A stretch of DNA of 32,000 bases from Bacillus phage PBS1, in sequence record NC_043027.1; one strand, given 5' to 3'. Below the pieces are notes generated by a model that worked only from the letters and a program-made list of their open reading frames with translations, was not told where the DNA came from and searched no databases. Position 1 is the stretch's first letter. Every line of letters begins with the position of its first letter. Below are positions 26,430 to 32,000 of this stretch, one piece after another. The position numbers and the translations under genes were made by a program.

Positions 26430-29261
26430 TTAGCGGATCACTACTTTACCAATAAAGGCAGTAGGAAATTGTACTTCAATATCTTTTGTTGTATCATTGA
26501 TACGAACAAGAGATGGTTGAACAGTTTCCCAAAATTCTGCATTTTGTGTATAAGCCACAACAGAATATTCAAATGGCTCTTTAGTGATTCCATGCTCAGT
26601 AGCAAGAATTGAAACAGTAGTAGCTTCTTCAGTTACCGTTTTAGTGTAAGGCATAGAAACACTATTAAGTTTGTTTTGCAATTCTACTACTAGATCAGTC
26701 GCTGGAATACCTTCAGCTGGTTTAGCATACTTAGCAGACCACTCAGTTTTTTGTTCATCAGTTACATGAACAGTTTCATCAGCGATATGACTTGCACTAT
26801 TAGTAAGAGCTGTAGATACAGATGCTTCAAGATCGGCAACAGGAATACCTTCAGCTGGTTTAGCATACTTAGCAGACCACTCAGTTTTTTGTGCCGCTGT
26901 TACATGGATAGTACCATCAACAACATGGTCAGCAAAGCCATCTACAGTTGTAACAAAACCACTTTCGAGGTCAGTCGCTGGAATACCTTCAGCTGGTTTG
27001 TCATATTTAGCATTCCATTTAGAGCGTTCAGCATCTGTAATGTGAACAGTAGTATCACCAGTATGATTAGAAAGATCAGCAACAGAAGCCGCACCATCAA
27101 TCTTACCTTTAAGGGCATCGGACAGATCATTTTCTGGAATACCAGTATTAGGTTTAGCATACTTAGCGTTCCAGCTAGCTCTTTCTGAAGCAGTTACGTG
27201 TTTAACTGTATCAGTAGCATGAGCATTAAAGTCTGTGTTTGATACCATGCCATTTACTTTAGAAATAAATGACTGTGCCATATCAGACTCAGGAATACCA
27301 GTTGATGGTTTAGCATACTTGCCATTCCAGATAGTACGCTCTTCAGCAGTAATGTGAACAGTAGTATTATCTACATGGGTAGTTAGATCTGCCGCAGAAG
27401 CTGAACCATTGATTTTAGCCTCAAGTCCTGCTTCCAAATCTGCCGCCGGAATACCTTCTTCTGGTTTAGCATACTTGCCATTCCAAGCAATTCTTTCATC
27501 AGCAGTGATGTGTTTAACAGCATCAGTAGCATGTGCATTTAGATTTGCCTGTGTTGCCATTCCAGCTACTTTATCACGGAAAGCAAGGGTAAGATCAGTT
27601 TCAGGGATACCATCAGTTGGTTTGACATATTTGGCATTCCAGTTACTACGCTCAACAGTTGTAATATGTTTAACAGTATCATTGGCATGAGCCGCAAGAT
27701 CAGCAGAAGTAGCCGCACTATTAATTTTAGTTTTGAGATCTTTTTCAAGATCTTCTTCAGGAATTCCTGTTAATGGTTTATCATACTTAGCATTCCATTT
27801 ATCACGTTCTGATTGAGCTAAGTGACGCACACTATCAGTTTCGTGTTCTAAGAAATCTGCATTAGTAACCATTCCATTAATCTTTGTCTGTAAGCCAGAA
27901 GCAAGATCAGTTTCAGGGATACCAGTTGATGGTTTGTCATATTTAACGTTCCATTTAGAACGTTCTGTTTCTGTAATATGGATTGTACCATCAGCCTTGT
28001 GGTTATTCCAATTTTCACGTTCTTTTTCACTAATATGGACAGTAGTATTTGAAGCGTGATCAGTAAGTTCTTTCTTAGTAGCCGCACTACCAATTTTACT
28101 CTGTACACTAGAATCCAAATCAGCCATTGGAACACCAGTTGATGGTTTTACATATTTTCCATTCCAAGAAAGACGTTCAGCATTAGTAATGTGAGCAACT
28201 GAATCATTTTTGTGATCGGTTAGAGCTGTAGCTGTAGCCGCACCATTAATTTTATCTTGGACAGGTAATTCTAAATCTTTCATTGGAACGCCGTTAGCAG
28301 GTTTATCATACTTAGCATTCCATTTATCACGTTCTTCGCCTGTGATATGTTTAATAACATCGTCTTCATGATCTTGAAGATCAACTGCTTTAGCCGCACT
28401 ATTGATACTATTTTGAACAATTTCAGAGAAATCAGTCATTGGAATACCAGTAGCAGGTTTATCATACTTAGCATTCCATTTAGCACGCTCAGTAGATGAT
28501 GTATGAATATCAAGATTATTAGTATGATTAGAAAGATCGGAATTTAAAGCAGATGCTTTAATACGATCAGAAACAACTGGATCTAGATCTTTCATTGGAA
28601 TACCAGTAGCAGGTTTATCATACTTATTATTCCATGCTCCACGTTCAGTTCCAGTAATGTGTCGAACTGAATCATTGAAGTGAGGATCAAACTCAGTATG
28701 ACGAACAATATCTTTATCAATGAATTCAGAATAAATTTTTTTATCTGCATTGAAAAGATCAGACTTTGCAATTTTTGCAGATAATAGACTATCTACTTCT
28801 GATTTAATATAAAAACGAGAAGTATCTAGTGTTAATTTATTAAGATCTTCAATGTTTTCCAATTTAATTTTACCAGTAAAGTGTCCATCTTCAGTAATAA
28901 GAGCCTTAATAACACCTTGAGAAACAAAAGCAGCAATATTACCAGTGCTTGTATTTTCCAATACAGTACTACCAATATTTTTAAGCATAGAGTCAGTGTT
29001 TCTAGCATGCTTTTTCTCAATAGCATCTTTAAGTTCGTCATTCATAGTGACTCCAACACTGGATTCATAAATTGGACGTCCTGTTTCTGTGTAGCCAATA
29101 GGGTCAGTATTAGCATTACCAGAAGAATAGTTAGTACCATTCAAGGTAATTTTGGAGACAGAACTAAAGCGATTATCAGCCATTAATTGGTCAATAATTG
29201 TCTTACTCAAGCTATTTGAGCTTAATGTGTTTGTATAGAAAGAACTCAAATCATAAGCCAT
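26430..29261 (-). CDS. repeat-rich tail fibre protein (943 aa)
   Basis: 13 full copies of W(N/S)xKYxKPxxG(I/V)PxxD(L/F/M) separated mostly by exactly 52 aa, with HxT/HIT..ER motifs between them. Confidence 0.8.
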   Translation of the reverse strand: MAYDLSSFYTNTLSSNSLSKTIIDQLMADNRFSSVSKITLNGTNYSSGNANTDPIGYTETGRPIYESSVGVTMNDELKDAIEKKHARNTDSMLKNIGSTVLENTSTGNIAAFVSQGVIKALITEDGHFTGKIKLENIEDLNKLTLDTSRFYIKSEVDSLLSAKIAKSDLFNADKKIYSEFIDKDIVRHTEFDPHFNDSVRHITGTERGAWNNKYDKPATGIPMKDLDPVVSDRIKASALNSDLSNHTNNLDIHTSSTERAKWNAKYDKPATGIPMTDFSEIVQNSINSAAKAVDLQDHEDDVIKHITGEERDKWNAKYDKPANGVPMKDLELPVQDKINGAATATALTDHKNDSVAHITNAERLSWNGKYVKPSTGVPMADLDSSVQSKIGSAATKKELTDHASNTTVHISEKERENWNNHKADGTIHITETERSKWNVKYDKPSTGIPETDLASGLQTKINGMVTNADFLEHETDSVRHLAQSERDKWNAKYDKPLTGIPEEDLEKDLKTKINSAATSADLAAHANDTVKHITTVERSNWNAKYVKPTDGIPETDLTLAFRDKVAGMATQANLNAHATDAVKHITADERIAWNGKYAKPEEGIPAADLEAGLEAKINGSASAADLTTHVDNTTVHITAEERTIWNGKYAKPSTGIPESDMAQSFISKVNGMVSNTDFNAHATDTVKHVTASERASWNAKYAKPNTGIPENDLSDALKGKIDGAASVADLSNHTGDTTVHITDAERSKWNAKYDKPAEGIPATDLESGFVTTVDGFADHVVDGTIHVTAAQKTEWSAKYAKPAEGIPVADLEASVSTALTNSASHIADETVHVTDEQKTEWSAKYAKPAEGIPATDLVVELQNKLNSVSMPYTKTVTEEATTVSILATEHGITKEPFEYSVVAYTQNAEFWETVQPSLVRINDTTKDIEVQFPTAFIGKVVIR
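26652..28680 (-). repeat. tandem 156-nt (52-aa) coding repeats, ten intervals of exact length, plus an 18-aa mini-unit and two 46-aa intervals
   Basis: Counted by hand in the translated protein from W210 to about residue 870. Confidence 0.85.
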
Positions 29262-29284
29262 TAGAGTCTACACATCCTTTTCTG

Positions 29285-31618
29285 TTATTTTAATCCTTTG
29301 TAATTTACCTTATCATACGGTTCATTACAATCGATTAATATATTGTTATTTAAGTAAGGCAACACTAGTGATAAATTTTCGTTCAAATAAGTTAAAAACT
29401 CAATACTACCAATTTCATTGCAGTCAAAATCACAATCTTTATCCTGTATAAATTGTCTATCTACTTTTGTATTAATAAGATAAGACCTGCCGGGATTAAA
29501 TAAGGAAATATTATCCTCAAATCTCCGTTCATTATAGGATCTGTTACAGTTAACACTTATATCATGATTGAAATAGGTAGGTAATTTTTTCATATAATCC
29601 ATAACTACTGGACTTTCTTTTAAACCAGTAAAAAGATTGTTGTTATTTGAATCTAATTCGGGAGCAATATTATTTTTAATCATATTAAATAGTTGCTCAA
29701 AATATTGATATTTATCTTTCAATTGATAAATATATTTAAGTCCAATATATTTATCTTGATCAGTTTCTTCTATAGCTTCACTTGAATGAGTTTTTAACCA
29801 TTCTTCAATGAATTTATCTTGACCAATTCTCTTTGACTTGATATCATCTTTTGAGGGATATTTTTTATAGAGTTCAATTAGTCTTTTAAGAAGATCATCT
29901 TCTTGATAATGAAAAGTAATCATTATATTTTTTCTGGTTCCAATATTTTTTAAAATAAGTGATTTAGAGTTTATGATATCGTATTGTGTACTATTTAGCT
30001 TCTTATTGTTGGCATAAATAGTAAAAGTTCCATCTATTAAAGGATAAGAATCATCTTGTAGAGTTATTATTGCCCTGTTATCCTCTCTCTTTGGAACTTC
30101 ACTAAAGAAAAAGTATGAGTTTTTCATATAATCTCTAAAAGTTAATTCAATTTTAGAACCAAAATGAGTCATATCTTTAAAAAGAATCATACTTGGAATT
30201 TGATTATGAAGTTGCATATTAATTAATGCAAAATCATCATTGGGAGTTAACCGATATCCATTAACAAATACCTCTACATTTTCTATATCTTCCATAAATT
30301 CTGTAACTACTTCACCATTACTTGTCACATGAGAAACAGGAACAAAATAACATGGAACTTGATAGTAATTTGCCATTAAGTTAAAAGCATCAGTCTTAAA
30401 GAACATTGATTCAGTGATATTATTGGAAACTACCATAATCTCATTCCCAATTTTCGGAATGTAATTATCTTTTATAATTACCTCTAGAGAAAAACGATCT
30501 TCTGTAAAGTAATTAACAATAATTTTAGTTCTTTTAGGATTAACACGTTTCCATGAGTTACTATTCTTGAATCTAACATAAACTGAAAAATCTCTATGAG
30601 AGAAATATTTTCCAATTCCATCTGTTTTAACAGTAATTCCCTTTGTATATAGATTCTCAACGTCTTCTTTTGTTTGAATAATATAAGTACATTTAATTTC
30701 TTCGTAATCAATTAATGGGTTTCTAAAAGTTTCCAATTCTATAGTTGAATCATCTTTTATATCACCCTCTTTTAAATACGAACGACTTATTCCATCTAAC
30801 TTATTTTGAGAATTATTGTCTCGGTGAAATATCTTTTTACCATCAACATACGCATTTAATTTATGTCTATCAGATATAAAATGATTTATATCTTTCATAG
30901 TAAATTGATACTTTTCACCATTTACCCCAAAATTAGCCTCTTCGCCATAAGCATCAAACTTATTAGTTAATAGATATTTTCCTTTAGTACCAGTAGTTAA
31001 TTTAAATACTCTATTATTTACTGGATTACAAATAAGATTTATTAATTTTTTAATATAACTAGGATCAATATAATTTTTATTTGTTAATTTATCCATTAAA
31101 AATTTATTCATATAACGAATATCGCCATTGATAGTTATTTCTCTTAGTTCTTTATAATCTTTATCAATTTTAAATAATATCCCATCTCTATTTGGAAAAT
31201 AACTGTCCCAAGCTTCATCAACACACCATACTCTTAAACGATAAAAATATTCATCATTCTTATAAGTGACAGAAGGTAAATTATCTGTAAATAGTGTATC
31301 TGTAATACTGAGAGATTTTTTAAATTTTTCTCCTCTAGTGATTACATCGCCGTTATTATCTATAATTTCTATTTGCATGTAGATCTCTAGTTTAGAATAG
31401 TTTTTAAAATTCCAAGAGAATTGATTTTTTTGTTTATCTAATTCTCCAATATAGAAAAGAGGGATTTCCTCATCTTTCTCAGTTGTTGCACCATTATCAT
31501 CTCTCGCAGTTATAGAAAGGGTCAGATGGGTACTATCGAACCCATCTGTGTTATAACTGAGAAGTTCATCAATGTCAATAGGTGAATTTAAGAATTCGGA
31601 TTGAAATCTAATTGACAT
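29285..31618 (-). CDS. large hypothetical virion protein (777 aa)
   Basis: Long ORF in the structural cluster. Its N-terminal region is similar to the 31626 gene. Confidence 0.65.
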   Translation of the reverse strand: MSIRFQSEFLNSPIDIDELLSYNTDGFDSTHLTLSITARDDNGATTEKDEEIPLFYIGELDKQKNQFSWNFKNYSKLEIYMQIEIIDNNGDVITRGEKFKKSLSITDTLFTDNLPSVTYKNDEYFYRLRVWCVDEAWDSYFPNRDGILFKIDKDYKELREITINGDIRYMNKFLMDKLTNKNYIDPSYIKKLINLICNPVNNRVFKLTTGTKGKYLLTNKFDAYGEEANFGVNGEKYQFTMKDINHFISDRHKLNAYVDGKKIFHRDNNSQNKLDGISRSYLKEGDIKDDSTIELETFRNPLIDYEEIKCTYIIQTKEDVENLYTKGITVKTDGIGKYFSHRDFSVYVRFKNSNSWKRVNPKRTKIIVNYFTEDRFSLEVIIKDNYIPKIGNEIMVVSNNITESMFFKTDAFNLMANYYQVPCYFVPVSHVTSNGEVVTEFMEDIENVEVFVNGYRLTPNDDFALINMQLHNQIPSMILFKDMTHFGSKIELTFRDYMKNSYFFFSEVPKREDNRAIITLQDDSYPLIDGTFTIYANNKKLNSTQYDIINSKSLILKNIGTRKNIMITFHYQEDDLLKRLIELYKKYPSKDDIKSKRIGQDKFIEEWLKTHSSEAIEETDQDKYIGLKYIYQLKDKYQYFEQLFNMIKNNIAPELDSNNNNLFTGLKESPVVMDYMKKLPTYFNHDISVNCNRSYNERRFEDNISLFNPGRSYLINTKVDRQFIQDKDCDFDCNEIGSIEFLTYLNENLSLVLPYLNNNILIDCNEPYDKVNYKGLK

Positions 31619-31625
31619 AAATTTA

Positions 31626-32000
31626 TCACTCCTTGATATCGTCCCTTATTGTATAATAAACCTTATTTCCATCTTTATCAGTTATAGTAGCTTTTATTGA
31701 TACATCATAGTGGCTACTTCCAATTCTTTTAACATTGGTTGAATCTACATTTATTATAGGGGCATTATTCTTAATCATTTCAAATGGTAAACCATTTATA
31801 TTAGGATAGAAGGATGTCCACGTTTCTGAGGGCGTAGAAAGTCTAATCCTAAAGAAATAATTACCTTCATCATAATCATCAAATTTGATACTCTCTAAGT
31901 ATTCTCTATATTCTCTTTGATTTCCAACACTTATTTCTTTTCCTGCACCCTCTAAATTACCTTCATTGTCAAGTATTTCAACCTGCATTATAATTGGAAT
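31626..32000 (-). CDS. hypothetical virion protein, 5' truncated by the window edge
   Basis: The frame stays open past the listed ATG at 31988 (IPIIMQVEILDNEGN), and the match to LEIYMQIEIIDNNGD of the 777-aa protein suggests that Met is internal. Confidence 0.6.
   Translation of the reverse strand: MPIIMQVEILDNEGNLEGAGKEISVGNQREYREYLESIKFDDYDEGNYFFRIRLSTPSETWTSFYPNINGLPFEMIKNNAPIINVDSTNVKRIGSSHYDVSIKATITDKDGNKVYYTIRDDIKE

Noticed and set aside
26652-28680. Regularly spaced repeats as a CRISPR array
   Set aside because: The 156-nt units lie entirely in one open reading frame and keep the protein motif. There are no short identical repeats with unique spacers.
26751-29186. Plus-strand ORFs 26751-27188, 27409-27690, 28881-29186 and minus out-of-frame ORFs 26942-27160, 27566-27748, 27848-28135, 28832-29041
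   Set aside because: Shadow ORFs over the strongly supported repeat protein. Their apparent repetitiveness is a by-product of the coding repeats.

Overview
Low-GC window with dense coding and strong purine-rich RBSs. It looks like part of a large (jumbo-type) Firmicutes phage genome. Strand blocks are + (1-6350), - (6394-9394), + (9452-13293) and - (13318 to end). The clearest content is: (1) the two halves of a phage-type multisubunit RNA polymerase beta' subunit, on opposite strands about 3.4 kb apart; (2) an 897-nt group I intron carrying a NUMOD4/HNH endonuclease, which splits the beta' N-terminal half inside the catalytic DxDGD motif, with a 53-codon second exon missing from the ORF track; (3) a large zinc-ribbon plus VSR-like (EDxHD type) homing-endonuclease-like protein downstream of the beta' C-terminal half; (4) a holin (LLH-like) and a PGRP/amidase-2 endolysin with three PG-binding repeats; (5) about 14 kb of minus-strand tail/fibre genes with Ig-like modules, a DUF6273-like lectin-type head domain, and a 52-aa module repeated 10 times at exact spacing plus shortened variants; (6) several perfect intergenic hairpins. 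The best candidate for something unusual is the mobile-intron and split-RNAP arrangement. The modular, paralogous fibre cluster is second. No CRISPR, tRNA or obvious defence island was seen. Everything here was read by eye, with no database search.
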